A stretch of DNA of 64,000 nucleotides, taken from NCBI GenBank assembly GCA_024704765.1, contig JAKMXF010000324.1, positions 1 to 64,000 of the forward strand, read 5' to 3'. The number at the start of each line of letters is the position of its first letter. Position 1 is the stretch's first letter. The notes beneath the pieces were generated by a model. That model searched no databases. It was not told where the DNA came from and saw only the letters and a program-made list of their open reading frames with translations. Shown here one piece after another: positions 44,958 through 63,854 of this stretch. Source of the stretch: Oopsacas minuta (taxonomy: Eukaryota; Animalia; Porifera). The position numbers and the translations under genes are program-made.

Positions 44958-47900
44958 TTAAGAGGTCGGATTGCTAGCTGCCAAAAACGGTTTGACGTCA
45001 CACTCTCTCTCATCTCCAGGGTCTGACTGTGGATGCAATAAGAAATAATTTGAAATGTCAAACTTCCCATGTTCTTTGCAGTAAAATTTCTCTTCCAAAT
45101 TGACTCCAACTGGCATATGCATAGTACAATAAGAATTCGGGCAAATTAAGCATTGGATGTTACAAGCTCCGCCACAGACATTGCAAAAATGCCATGGGCA
45201 CTTCCACTGGCCACGTGGCAATTCTTTTCGCTCGACACATTCCAGATGGTACGATTTCTGACAGAAATCACACATTATTAGTAACCCACCATCTTGACAA
45301 ACGAAACAGTCATCATCATGAAGAACGAGGGGTGTTTTTGCTAAAGTACGTACACGTTTTTTACGGCGTCCAGATTTTGGTCCCCCCTTCCTTTTGCTCC
45401 CCTTGTTGGTCCCATTGGCGTCCGATTGTTGTGGGTTGGGTGGCGGACGTAGACCAATAAAACCTGAGCAATTAGTTGCATTACATTTACATTCCAAACG
45501 GTTGTTCCCAAGGCAATCTAACTGATAATCGAAAGTCAACTCCTCACCTAATGAAATCTCTCTGTTTGCGAATAGGCCTATACGAGTCTCACCGTTGATA
45601 ATCCGTTTTTCAGTCCGGCAATTCGGGTCGCAGGAATGGTTCATAAATCGCGCATTATTCCCGCGGAAGCAGGCATCAACTATCAGTACTTTATCAATGG
45701 TTAACATGTAGAAATTCGTTAAGCCTTTCTCCTGCGCAGTTTTGATTCGATCCATACACATTGAGTAGCTAATCATCTCTCCTTTGTACTCAATCACAAA
45801 CTGGTCAGTGTGGATATTTTCTAGAGATTTCAAGCCCCAACCTCGGCCAACGGTCCAAAAGGAATGTGTTGAGATTTCCTCTGAATTTTGTAACCGCATG
45901 TTACCGCATAGATCAGCTACTGGGCAGTTCTCTTTTGAGCATTCAGTCTTCAACATCCGGTTGATACACTTAGAATCTGACACACATGGAGATTCACTCG
46001 TGCAAGCACAAGCATCAGCCAATACTACGGGTGGTTTGATGGTCAAATATTTATTATTTCTAATCGATATGAATTTATTCGAGGTGTGACTGTGTCGAGT
46101 TATGTCACCTTCTTCATGAAGCTCTAAGGCAGTTTTCGCATCATCAACTGCTGTGCGAAATTTAGCGTTTATTCCTTTTTGAGTTTTGCCGTGAATACAT
46201 TTGTCTTCTTTCAAGAAAGGATATACTCTCCCGTGATGGACCCAACCGTAATTCTCAGTCCCGAAGAAATGTACTACGAACTCACCAATGGAATGTTCTG
46301 TTATCTAAAATTATAAATTATATACACAGAAGATTCTGATTAACATTATAATTCACTGGTAACCCCCTTCAATAGTATTTCAAAAATTTGGACTATGGAT
46401 AAGAATAGATATGTAAATGAGAGTCTACTGTATTGTCGATAATCTAAACGTGTTTAGATTCTGGCCGATAAGTAACAGGGCTTGTCATTATATAAATACA
46501 GTAGACTCCACTTAATAGGGTCACTTCGGGACCAAGGCCAATATGACCCGATTAGCTAGAGCTATTAAACACTATTTGCACAGCTCTTTTGTGGTCAAGT
46601 GACCTGCCACTAACCTGCATGTTCTCAGGGGTATCATAATCTCCACATATCTGTGCAGGCCACCATCTGTGATTTCCATGTTTAGCCCAGACAATACTAC
46701 CAGGTGTAGGCTTATAGCAGTGATGACACTCTCTGCAGTACCACTTGTCTTCTGATGAAGATATTGCATGATGGTTAGTGTCGAGGCAAGAGAGATGGTA
46801 TGCAGCTGGACATGTCTGTATAATATACGTTAATTAATAGGTAATGTATTTTAAAAAATAGAGCCTATAACAAATTAGCGCGTATTCTAACCTCACAACA
46901 AATAAGTGTACCAGAAATGCCACATTCAAAACACCAGTTAACATTCAGCACACTAGAAGCAATAGGCTTAGAACAGTGTTTATAGCAGATCATTGATTGA
47001 TTGGAGAGAATCTCACAACCAGATGGCAGACAGGCATGTCTGTTATGATAGGAGCTTAAACAGCGGACACAGCTTAGCAACTGAACAGACTTATAGGTAT
47101 GTTCTTCTGTGTAGTCACAAGTTAGGCATACATGACGCGGGCATCTGTGCTTCGGTAACTTTTCTAGAGAAATAAATATAAATGGAAAGTGCCAAGCGGT
47201 TTGAGCCACTTTTATGGGTCTTAAGTTGTCATTAAGTATATCAAACCATGAACAAAATTTTATCATGTAACTTTGACATTCCATAGTTACAAACCTGTTG
47301 TTATGGTGGATAGAGTAGTATCTGTATCTAATCTAGTGCCGACTGCTTGCTGAGCACATTTCATATGCATTTTAGTGACACAATTCTTGACACTACATCT
47401 CATACAATCCTCGTCTAGAACCGCCTGACACTTAGTGCAAATAATTTCATCACTAGAACACTCTGGGCATTTAGTAGCACTTGCTTTTACTGGCGATTCA
47501 GATTGTATGGTTGGGAAGCAAGGCTTATGGAATGTTCTAGAACATTTTCCTTCACACACTATTACATTGCTGTCTATGTCTCCACATTTGAAGCAAACTC
47601 CTGTAACACAATTATATAGTCAACATTACACTGTATCCAAAATGTTACATCGAATACATAAATACCGAAATACCCGCTTATAAAGAAGTCTTAAAAAGTA
47701 CAAATATGGTCCCAAGCAGTCAAAGTAACATATAATACAACGGTTAGATCGAAGCGGTGTCTTGTTATTCGATATAACGAGAATTTACTGTATTTCCAAG
47801 TGTATGAATACAGAGGATAAGCACCATCCTCTGGAAAACGAATCTCATATATTCCTGTATATTTATACCGGTTATAAGAATATGTCTTGTTAATCCCAAG

Positions 47901-48852
47901 GGTGTTCTTATAACCGGAATATACTGTATTTTACAAATATATCACCTAATTTCTGAGATGGGATAGTGAATGGAAGAGATCTTTTAGGCATTGGAAACTC
48001 AAATGTCTGGTACTGCTGTGTGATATCTCCATTACGTAAAGTTGATTCTGTGTGTGAGTAGAAATCAAACTTGAATCTGCCCTCTGGAGATAAACTTCTG
48101 GATTTCTGTTGTACACTAGTTAGCTTGGTTGAATGCGGTTTAGGCCTAGAAATTGGGTATATAAGTTGATTTGTAACTCAAGAAGTAAATAAAGAGGTGG
48201 ACAACATTTGTGAATGATAAGGTAGCCCAAATTATCCTTTACACCCTGGGAAGTGAATTTGTCAGAACAGAAATTCATTTTAGTACTTTTTAGGTTCAAA
48301 AGTTGGGAAAAGTGAAAAATCTCAAATATCTGACAAAAGCAGATGCTCGTAACTACGAAAAAGTATTAGCAAAATATCATAAAATTGTTGAGCTAACGTT
48401 TTAGTTATTCTGTTAGAATTGAGTCTATTCGGTAGTTTCACGAGTTTCTTTATTGGATAATTGCTCTTAGGTTTCACATCTTCTGTAGCGGCGATCTTCT
48501 CATTCATCCCCGTATTCTCAGCGAGAGTTTTCTCTGAAGAAATCCTAGGCTGAAACACAACTTTCCTTTGATGTAGGAGAGAGGGTGAGGCAGAGGGAAT
48601 GGCAGAAATAAGAGATTGTGGCGCCCATAACGACACAATCGGTGAATCAGTCAAATCAATAAACTGGTACGTAACTCCGTTTTTATGAACCATGGACTGC
48701 TTAGTTTGTGGTTGAGTCCCGATATGCCCTCTTACCCAACCTAATCTAGGAATAGTACAATATATAGTCTCCCCAGGTTTGTGAGGAACAGGTGAATGCA
48801 GAATTTCTGGAGATATTATTACCTCAGCCTCTGATTTAGCAGCTTCAGCCAT
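44958..48852 (-). CDS. NSD: NSD-family H3K36 methyltransferase (PWWP-PHD fingers-PWWP-AWS-SET-postSET-PHD-C5HCH), multi-exon
   Basis: ATG 48852 with a degenerate PWWP; PHD exons around 47605-47290, 47160-46880 and 46810-46617 (CPAAYHLSC; IVWAKHGNHRWWPAQI); last exon from about 46306 with FFGTENYGW, GWGLKS, ARFMNHSCDPNC, EELTFDY, CKCNATNCSGFIG and a terminal PHD. Some internal boundaries are approximate. Confidence 0.92.
46499..46570. mobile_element. pogo-like MITE fragment in NSD intron
   Basis: TA|cagtagactccacttaatagggtcac...gacccgattag; related ccgcttaatcgggtca near 34280. Confidence 0.45.
47657..47790. mobile_element. pogo-like MITE family A, copy 3 (NSD intron)
   Basis: gtacaaatatggtcccaagcagtcaaagtaaca core; right end gatataacgagaatttactg|TA. 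Confidence 0.65.
47811..47926. mobile_element. pogo-like MITE family B, copy 2 (NSD intron)
   Basis: TA-flanked; attcctgtatatttataccggttataagaa...gtgttcttataaccggaatatactg matches 42833-42945. Confidence 0.75.
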
Positions 48853-49151
48853 TTATTCTAATTACAAACTAGAAGGTAGTGATAAAATGGTGGAGGGTGT
48901 CAAAAAATGGGAGGACAGTGGAGCTAATACGGATGATCTGGCCATGGAAGGAGTATTTCAAATCTCCAAAAAATATCCAGTGCTACTCATTACTCGGACA
49001 TGCTGTTGCTTTCGCCTTTCCTACAAGCGGACTTTACACAATTAAATAGATGAAATCGTCATGGTAACAGGGCCCATCGCCAGGGGATCAGGTCACGCGG
49101 CCTAAGCGCGGAGAGCTCGAAAGAGGTCTAAACATTAGATTATATAATAAC

Positions 49152-49392
49152 TGGGTGACCAGGATTTTGTATAGCTATTATTCTATCAAAGCTAATCAAT
49201 TTTCGCGCGGATACTTCCAGCTAGATTGACAAAAATAGCGGGACGTAAGTTACTAATTTAGCGGGACATCGCGGGATGTAGGATATTTGCATTAGACTGT
49301 GACTATAAAAAAAAACGGAACAATTAAGGTTTTTGGAAAGTTTGGGGGACATTAGCCTCAACATGTCCGAAAAAGCGGGACAGTTGGCTAGT
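49152..49392. mobile_element. hAT/Tip100-like element with cgggac subterminal repeats (family E)
   Basis: Left gggtgaccagg, repeated gcgggac motifs, right gcgggacagttggcta; related fragment at 33497. Confidence 0.5.
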
Positions 49393-49717
49393 AAGTTGAG
49401 CATCTAGGCGAGAAATTCTCTAAATACTCCCTTATGCAATATAAGATAAACCATTAGGTAATTGTCCCTGAGAATCTGGATGAACCTTTATTCTACTGAA
49501 GTTTGAAATTATGTGAGGTAATATCTTAAGGAATCATTAATAATATAATATATAATATTTAATATTTACAAATCTAATAATAATGCAAGCTAAGATTGCC
49601 CATAGTCCGTGCACATGACGCTTATACAAAATATAAATATACCCATATTACACGAAAACACATATTAATTATTGAAATTCACAACAAACCCCATTCCAAA
49701 GCAACTACCATATCGCT

Positions 49718-50755
49718 ATGATCGTTATCGCAGATATCTTCGCATTAATCCTTTCGGTGTTATTGGGAATGTTCTGTTTATTGGCGGGATTCGCATTATT
49801 TTATTTCATACGGAGAAGATACCAATTGTCTCAAGAAATAAATCGAATAACTCCAAGCCAACTATTTTTCTGTGAATACCAAAATCGCAGGAAAAATTTA
49901 AATATCACATCCATGATCACGAATTTTATAATAATTATTCTACTGTTAGAACTTTCACAAAATCTCATGTATTTCATATACTTGGCCCCTGATTGGAGGT
50001 TAGTTATCACCCATGAAAGCCCTTCCCAATCGCCAGTGCCCTTGCCAATTCTCCAATACCTGTGCGGGGAAGGAGTTTTCACGACGAGAATTGTAGTTAC
50101 CCCTGTCCTCTCTGTTATAATGAATGTCTTAAGGAGGGTTTATCGGAAACACCCCTATAAATATACAATAATAAGATGGACAGTGTATATATTCATAAGA
50201 GCAATTGTCATGCTAATGCTGAGCCTATTTTGTGGTTTAAATGGCGGGTTTGGCGGATATAAAATATTGGCTGCTTATATTATGAATGTATTCTATTCAC
50301 TTTTCTTTTTTTTGGATTTCTTTCAGTACTTATACTATTCATGGAAATTTTATTTACAACTAAAAAGTCGTGAAGAAGAAATACGAATTTTTCACTATGA
50401 CCTTGAAAAATGTAGAGACAGTAAAAAACTTCGCCAGAATTTCTTGGTCTCTACGAGTTTAGTTGTCCTGTCATTGGTCTTTTTTGTGATTGGAGCGGGT
50501 CTTCCCATCGTAGTGTTCTATATACCCACAATATTTGACCCCAATCTCAAAGATATCTTGATGACATCACACGAATACTTCAGCAATTATGTCACATTAC
50601 CATCTCTAGTTATACATACATTTCTAACAATTGTTTATTATTTGTATATATTTGTTTATATTGTTGTGACGTCTGTCAGGAGTAAACAAAAGCTAGAGAA
50701 CATAAACAAGGAAATCAAACCACTGATGGAGGCATACCATAATACAATTTATTAG
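49718..50755 (+). CDS. Orphan seven-transmembrane protein, 345 aa, intronless
   Basis: Seven hydrophobic segments visible by eye; charged loops after TM1 and TM5; no DRY/NPxxY motifs. Confidence 0.8.
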   Translation: MIVIADIFALILSVLLGMFCLLAGFALFYFIRRRYQLSQEINRITPSQLFFCEYQNRRKNLNITSMITNFIIIILLLELSQNLMYFIYLAPDWRLVITHESPSQSPVPLPILQYLCGEGVFTTRIVVTPVLSVIMNVLRRVYRKHPYKYTIIRWTVYIFIRAIVMLMLSLFCGLNGGFGGYKILAAYIMNVFYSLFFFLDFFQYLYYSWKFYLQLKSREEEIRIFHYDLEKCRDSKKLRQNFLVSTSLVVLSLVFFVIGAGLPIVVFYIPTIFDPNLKDILMTSHEYFSNYVTLPSLVIHTFLTIVYYLYIFVYIVVTSVRSKQKLENINKEIKPLMEAYHNTIY

Positions 50756-51196
50756 AACCATGATGGTAATTATTCTTAAATTTGTTTGTCAATATTTTGT
50801 TGTTATTTATGGATAATTATATTTTCATCATTCTAATAGCTTACAAACGATTACCCAATTCCATTCAAATTTTATAACATTCTATGTTGGGCCCTGTGGC
50901 CAATAATTTGATCTTTCCAGTGCTCTAAGGGGTAATTCATAGCTGTGTGAATTCTCAAAAGTGGCAATAGTCTTATTGAACCGAAATAGACTAGGAATAC
51001 AGTGAAGTGGCGATTTGCGACAATTTATCCCCATTATGCCAGTTCGCCATTAGTCAGTCAAAGATAGCTACACCACCGTAGTAAGGTTCATTTGAAACGT
51101 GAGAAATTGCATAACTTATTATTTGTATGTTATAACCAAATCAAAAGTCATATTCCTTCTATTTGAAAATTTGTCTTCTAATATTAGCTCACTATA

Positions 51197-54100
51197 ATGA
51201 GCAGTGATTCATCAAAGGATAATTTAGAAATTCTCTTACGGCCTTTTGAAGATTGTCACGTAACTTTTGTCAAATTACTGAAGAGAGAAACTGAAAAGGA
51301 ATGTATTTTCCTACTTTCTAAATTCTCAAAAGATATTTCTTCCAGTAAAACCGCCTCCAAACAGATCATAAAAATTCTTTATTTTGTTATTGAAAGAATT
51401 TCTCTTTTTCAAGAAAAAGGTCTGAATTTTCTAACTACTGATATTGAGAAATGTTTTGCCACTATTTTACACTCTCTTTCCAGTTCTCACAAGATTGATG
51501 GAACAACTTTTGAGCTATTTATAGCGATTATAAAACAAATTCATAAATTTATAGATTTTCACGTCAAAACAGCTGAGAATATTTCTGAAAATATTTTCAC
51601 GATTTGTGGTCATATTTTCTCAATTTTATGGAAATATATAAATAGCATAAATCTTGAGCCTCCACGATTAGTTGAGGCGCGAATCCGTTCTCTAAATTTG
51701 TTTATTTTCCCCCTCAATATTCTAATTCAAGATATTTCACTTTACATATGCACAATCTATACAAATCACATTTATCCACGGATATTTCTGAAGAAGATCA
51801 AAAGAAAATTTCATCAATTTTGGTGACCCAATCTCTTAAGTGGCTCAAAATACCACAATTCAATTCTGAAACGGTCTTATCATTAATTCTTTCAAAAAAT
51901 AATTTTTATTCGCTTATTATTGTTCTTATAACAATCGCTTTTGGATCGAAAGATACGCCTATTTCTGGCAAAATAATTCTAAAATGTTTCTTACAAGAAT
52001 TATCAAATATTCAGAGTAACCCGCCTCTACTTACAATAGGAATAGCTGTTGCTATTATTAGAATTCATACATTGGAGAATTTGGAATTTCCCCCTGGAAT
52101 GTTGGAGAAAATTGATAATATTTTGAATTTTGTTTTAGAAGAAGATTTGGCAGATTTGTACTCGCATTATTATCAGATAATTCCGATTTTATTGAAAGAA
52201 ATCGGAGTCTTTATTGAGAAACAGAAGAATCCACAAATTATTCTTTGTTATAAATCCATTTTACGGATTATTGAGATATTTACGCGCGAATTATTTCATA
52301 AATACCAAGATTTTTGTCAAGTTTTTTCTGACGAAATCGAGTTTACTATTTCGGTGCCTTTGAATATTATGCGAAACGCTTTTCAACATTTCTCAAAACT
52401 TGAATTTTGTACAGAAGATCATATCCATGGTTGGATTAATACATTCTCAAGATTCTACAGAATTTTAACAAAAGTTCGGACAAAAGAAACAAAATTTAAA
52501 ACTCAAAATTTCGAGGTTTATCTGACTGCCTCCTTAGTCAGAATTCATCATATAGCAGTTCTAGCAAATAAACATAACAACCAAGATGGCGCGTTGGAAT
52601 TTTTGATGGACTCTATTGAAATGACGTCAGAGATATTAGAGCCAATCAAATTTGAGGGTATACCAGAGGTTTTGTATCTTTTAGAACTTTTGGCCAATTT
52701 GTTAATTTGCCCACCAAGAAATTTCTCAAAAGATTTGGCGAAAAGGGCCAAAGATATTATAAAGTTGTTCTCCCTCGATTTTTATTTGTCATCGGCAGAA
52801 AGGAATGCCAAAATCCTCCGAAATTGGGTCAGAATATTATTTTTACATAATAGAGATTTTGAAGAGACTTTGTTTCAAATTTTAGCTATGAAATACAATC
52901 TTAATTCGGAACAGAAAGGACAGATTATTGACTTAGAACATGAAATTTTACAAACAACTTCAACACCCTTGAATCCTGAATTACTCGATCTTATCCTCAA
53001 CAAATATTCTACAAATAAACCCTCACTACAAGATTCTATTTCTCTAAATCCAGTTGGGCCTCTCCTAAAAATTTCCTATTTATACGACTGTGGAGAATGG
53101 GATTTGGCTGTTGAGCAAATCGCTGAACTTTTAAACGAGATTTTTGAGACAAAAATTACGTTAGAATCGATTCAAACTTACTCTTTAGCCAAATTCTGGT
53201 CTGCCCTTCTGAGTTATCAGATTTCAAATAAACAGGATTTACAATTGGCGCCTAATTATCCTCAAATAAGCTCTGAATGTGGGTCAGTTCACATTCCAAG
53301 CATTCCACATGGTTTTCTGGTTGCTATGGAGTATATTTATATTCTTTTGAGATATTTCAAGCGGGAAATTTCGAGTTTTTTCATCAAAGAATTGGAATTT
53401 GCTTTGAAAACTTTGATGTTTATTTTCAACTTATTTTCTAATCAATTCTACTTAGTCTTATCGTTTGTTTGTTGTTCAATCTATCAAGCAGAATTTTGCA
53501 CAAATACTCTAGATTTTGCTGTTCAAACTTTGAACGATTTTACTGAATTTTTGATTGAAAATGGCTACCAAAATACTTTTCAATCTTTGCAGGATATTTA
53601 TGAATTACAAAATGGTGTATTTCAAAACTCTGATGATAGCAATAATGATAATATTTTGAGATATTCGAAAAGTCATATTTTGGCACAGTTCCTCAAAAAG
53701 TCAAACGATAAACTACAATCTCATACCAACTCAAATTCACTCAAACTTTTGATGGAATCAGAATTTGAGTATTTTGCCCTAAAAAACACAGACACAATAT
53801 CCGCTAATAAAATTCGTATTTACACGCACTCGCACTTAATTTCACTTTGTGACACCTTCAGAAAATTCGCGGTGAATGTTCTGACGAATTCATTCACAGA
53901 AAATGCTCATTTCTCAGATAAAAGAATCCCATTTTCAATTTTACCGTCTTTTCTCCAGAGAGTTTTTAGGATTTCTCAAATTTTAATTCAATCTGGAGCT
54001 ACGCAAGAAGCAACCGCGTATATAGATCTTGGTTTCCAAATTTCTGGGAAATTGAATTTGTTTGAGTGGCGATTACAATTTCTGATACTTGGAATTCAGC

Positions 54101-56439
54101 TTGATGTTATTAGAGAGAAGATTGATAGGATCGAAGAATATTCCAGTTTTATTTCAAAAATGAGAAATGTTTTGTCGGAAACAGATCGAAATAGCCCCGA
54201 TGAAGCATTCGATGGATTTTCACACCTTTTGACATTGAAAAAGTTGAAAATAAATCGTGTTGAATTCAAATATTTCTGTTGTCTAACTCGAAATTTTGAT
54301 GTTATCTCAAATCAACTAATTTTACAGAATTTTAATGATATTTTGAGATCAACTTCAAACCAAATTCTTGAAGTACATTCACAATCTTTTTCCAAAGCAG
54401 ATTATAAAAATTTCCACGAAAATATTCAAGAAATATTAACAAATTTCCACACATATTTTCACAGAATTAAGAAACCCGAAATACCCGCACAAATTCTAAA
54501 AATACCACAATTCCCGCCAAACGAACATTTACCACATTTGAAAATTTCTCAGATACAATCATTGACTAACCAAATGAGAGAGTCAAACAGTCCAAAATCT
54601 GCCCTCTCTGTCTATAAGATGGCAACCAAACTCATCAATGGAATGCAAAGTCATAACAGTGTTTTCATGGCACAACCTTCTTATTGCCAAAGTCTATCAG
54701 AATTTTATCTTCAAGCAGGAAAGTCTTTGAGCAAAGATTCTGGAATTTGTGACAATCCAAAATGTTGCCTTTTCAACCCAAAATACGAAATTTCAAAACA
54801 TTTACAAGAAATTCACACAAACTGTATCCAATCTACGATCCCTTATGGATCCGTTTTGGCCCTCAAATATTCTTTAACAAGCCTTGGAGAATTATTTTCA
54901 GAATCAGATCCAATTTTATCAAGTGCTTATTTCAATGTAGCATTTGGTATTAGTTTACGTCATTTATTCTTGAATAAGCATTCAGTATCTAAATATGATT
55001 ATTTTGATCTTTTCTGTTTCGATTCTGTGACACACAATCCTCAAAATTGTCTCGAAGATAACTTTCTATCTTCTCTAACAAATTTGCAACCAAACTGGAC
55101 GATTCTCACAATTTCTTGGCCGAAGAAAGGTGATAATTTGTTCATAACAAGATTGAGAAATGGTCGACCACCTATTCTACTAAAAATTCCAATTCTCCAA
55201 CTCACTCCACCAAAATTTGACTCTAAAAATTGGCAACAAAATACAAACGAACTAAAATCCCTCGAAGATATCCTTTCAAGTATTTTTGATTTATTACATG
55301 AAGCAAGTAAACCAGAAAATATTGTAAATAAATCAAAATGGTGGGTTTCAAGAACAAAGGCAAACACGGCGCTTTCTGAGACTTTATCACAAATAGAGTC
55401 AGAATGGTTTTCTTTATGGAAAGGCATATTTTTAGGAAAAATTTCAATTTCACAAGAGTTCGTTTCCACTTCCGTAAAGGAATTAATTCAATTCATTCAA
55501 ACTATAATTGATATCCCGCCATTTCAATATGAACTCTGCTCAGAGTTATTTGAAGTAATTTTAGAATCTTACCCGCTATTAAAACGAGCTCAAATGGAAT
55601 TAATTTTACCACAAATTTTCCCAGATTTAGAGCAAAATAATTGTAAGATTATTTCAAAGAAAATTGCAATTATTTCTGAGGAATTATATGAAAAGATTGC
55701 GGACTTTCTCGACAAATTTGAGTGTACTCCTCAGTCAGTACCTCGGGGCCACATTTTTCTAATCTTAGACCCCTATCTGCATAGAATCCCATGGGAAAAT
55801 CTCCCAATTCTATCAACACAATCTGTATCCCGTATCCCTTCACTTCATTTCCTATTTATGCTAACTCATAAATACAGTCCACACTCTAACATAGATCTAA
55901 CCAACGGTTTCTACGTGTTAAATCCACAAGGTGACCTTCTCAAGTGTGAAAATGATTTCCAAAAACTATTCAGAAGTTTGAAATGGGACGGTGTGGCGGG
56001 TGAGCCCCCCGAGGGTCTCATTGACTCAGTTTCTAAGCATGACCTCTATGTATACTGTGGCCATGGTTCAGGAAGTGAGTATATCAATAAAGATAAGTTA
56101 CTAAACATAAAAGGCAGGGCATTCACGATGTTAATGGGTTGCTCTACGAGTAGATTATCAATAGAAGGACCATATGAATACCCGAACATGCTTCTTCTCC
56201 TCTTGTTAGCCGGGTTCCCGACTATAATTGGGACTCTTTGGTTCGTAACCGATTCAGAAATCAATTTATTCACAAAGAAATTGATCCAGGAAATTGTTAA
56301 GAACACTAATCTACGGTTTACACAAGGTCTAGATAGATCCAATACTTTATCAATGGCTTTTCATCAAGCAAGGCTTTCATGCAAACTCAGATATATTACA
56401 GGGGCTGCTCCTATTATATATGGACTACCTCTCTATTGA
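51197..56439 (+). CDS. ESPL1: Separase (peptidase C50), ~1736 aa, probably 2 exons joined by a 32-nt intron
   Basis: C-terminal IPWENLPIL, FYVLNPQGDL, DLYVYCGHGSG (catalytic His), LMGCST (catalytic Cys), IIGTLWFVTD, GAAPIIYGLP. ORFs 51197-51826 and 51748-56439 join in frame by removing 51700-51731 (gtttat...ctaattcaag). Confidence 0.92.
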
Positions 56440-56450
56440 TTGTTTATTGT

Positions 56451-56488
56451 TTGTTGTTTGTTTGTTTGTTTGTTTGTTTGTTTGTTGT
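56451..56488 (+). repeat. (GTTT)n microsatellite downstream of the separase stop
   Basis: ttgttgtttgtttgtttgtttgtttgtttgtttgttg is directly visible. Confidence 0.9.
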
Positions 56489-57062
56489 TTCCAGAAGGAA
56501 CGAATCAATATTTACATTTTGGGTTTAATTTTAGTGAATAACAATAATAGTAAACAAAATCTAGCATCGGGTATTTATGAGCTTTTGCAAAAATTATCAA
56601 TATGCATATGTCTAACCATGAACTTTAGAATTTGAGTAAATCGAAGTCTACAGATTAAAAATTTTATAGTTTCAGTTCTATATCTATTCTATGATCTTAA
56701 TCCTCTGGATTATGAATACAGTCTCTATGAGCCATGGTTAGTATAAACTAGAGTATACGAATTCAAACTGAAATAGGATAATGACACTAAGTTCGATAAG
56801 ATGGCTTTACTATTAATATGTAGGTACAGATATACATGACATTATAGAGAGTATTCTACTTTGATAATATATGATTAGAATTACTAGTAGCCCTTTACAA
56901 TATATGTTATGGGTGTATACGTGTATCTACTCGTTACAGATCTATTCGTTAGGAATATAGTCTATGATTATAGTATATGTGTTATATAGTGATAGAATAT
57001 GTGGCTTATATGCAAGTAAACTAACTACTGAAATAAACAATCCGTTTTAACTTAGTATTAGA

Positions 57063-63128
<6,066 letters not shown>

Positions 63129-63375
63129 ATTATGGCGCTGATTTGAATTTGTATTGCGAATGTTATATATCTTGTTTACATTAATTAATTAAATGAAACA
63201 TATACTTATGGGTAACTTTATATTATTAGTAAACAACTTTTTTTGCAATTTTCAGGGCTCACCCATTAAGCTATTTCGACGATTGTTTAGCCTTGGCCGC
63301 GAGGTGATCCACGGACGACAGCAGGGGGTCCACACTGATTTATCTGTTCTTTACAAAATTAGAATTGTAGCCATA

Positions 63376-63566
63376 ATGGAATTCAAAACACCCAAAAGAA
63401 TAACAACAATTAACAACCAATCAAATACACAAACAGATGTACCTATATCTGACAACCAATCAAATTCAACTATTCTAAAGCTTAATTACACTGAACCATC
63501 ATGGACAGCTATTCCTGAAAATTCATATAAATTGACTGTAATTAAAGATGGTAAAGAAATACAAAG
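63376..63566 (+). CDS. SLC4A1AP: First coding exon of a kanadaptin-like FHA protein (remainder probably beyond the window)
   Basis: MEFKTP... then LNYTEPSWTAIPENSYKLTVIKDGKEIQ resembles the pre-FHA segment of kanadaptin (YxEPxW...YxLExLKxG). Donor at 63551 or 63567. The FHA core is not seen in the window. Confidence 0.55.
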
Positions 63567-63712
63567 GTTAGCATTCCAGCTGCCTATTTGGTTGTTAGGG
63601 AAATATCAACAATGTACTTGTATGTATATTTCCCAAATATCTAGGTGTGTTTGCTTGGTTACAAACAGCGATTTAAGCTATGGATAATCAAGGAAAGACA
63701 TTCAATGTAATA

Positions 63713-63854
63713 CAGTCAACTACCGTATATATCGATATCTTATATTGTACAAATATGGTCCCAAACCGTCAAAGTAACAAATATTCCATTGGTTATATCA
63801 AAGTAATTATCACGATCCCTCGAGCTTAGATATAACGGATTTACTAGTTGGCTG
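63713..63854. mobile_element. pogo/Tc1-like MITE family A, most intact copy, TA TSD
   Basis: TA|cagtcaactaccgtatatatc ... gatataacggatttactagttggctg|TA with the family A core ggtcccaaaccgtcaaagtaaca. Confidence 0.8.

Noticed and set aside
49070-49132. Pistol or HDV-like self-cleaving ribozyme
   Set aside because: Has CCTAAGCG and a GAAA hairpin followed by GT, but lacks the upstream P1 loop needed for the pistol pseudoknot and the P1/P3 pairing order of HDV ribozymes.
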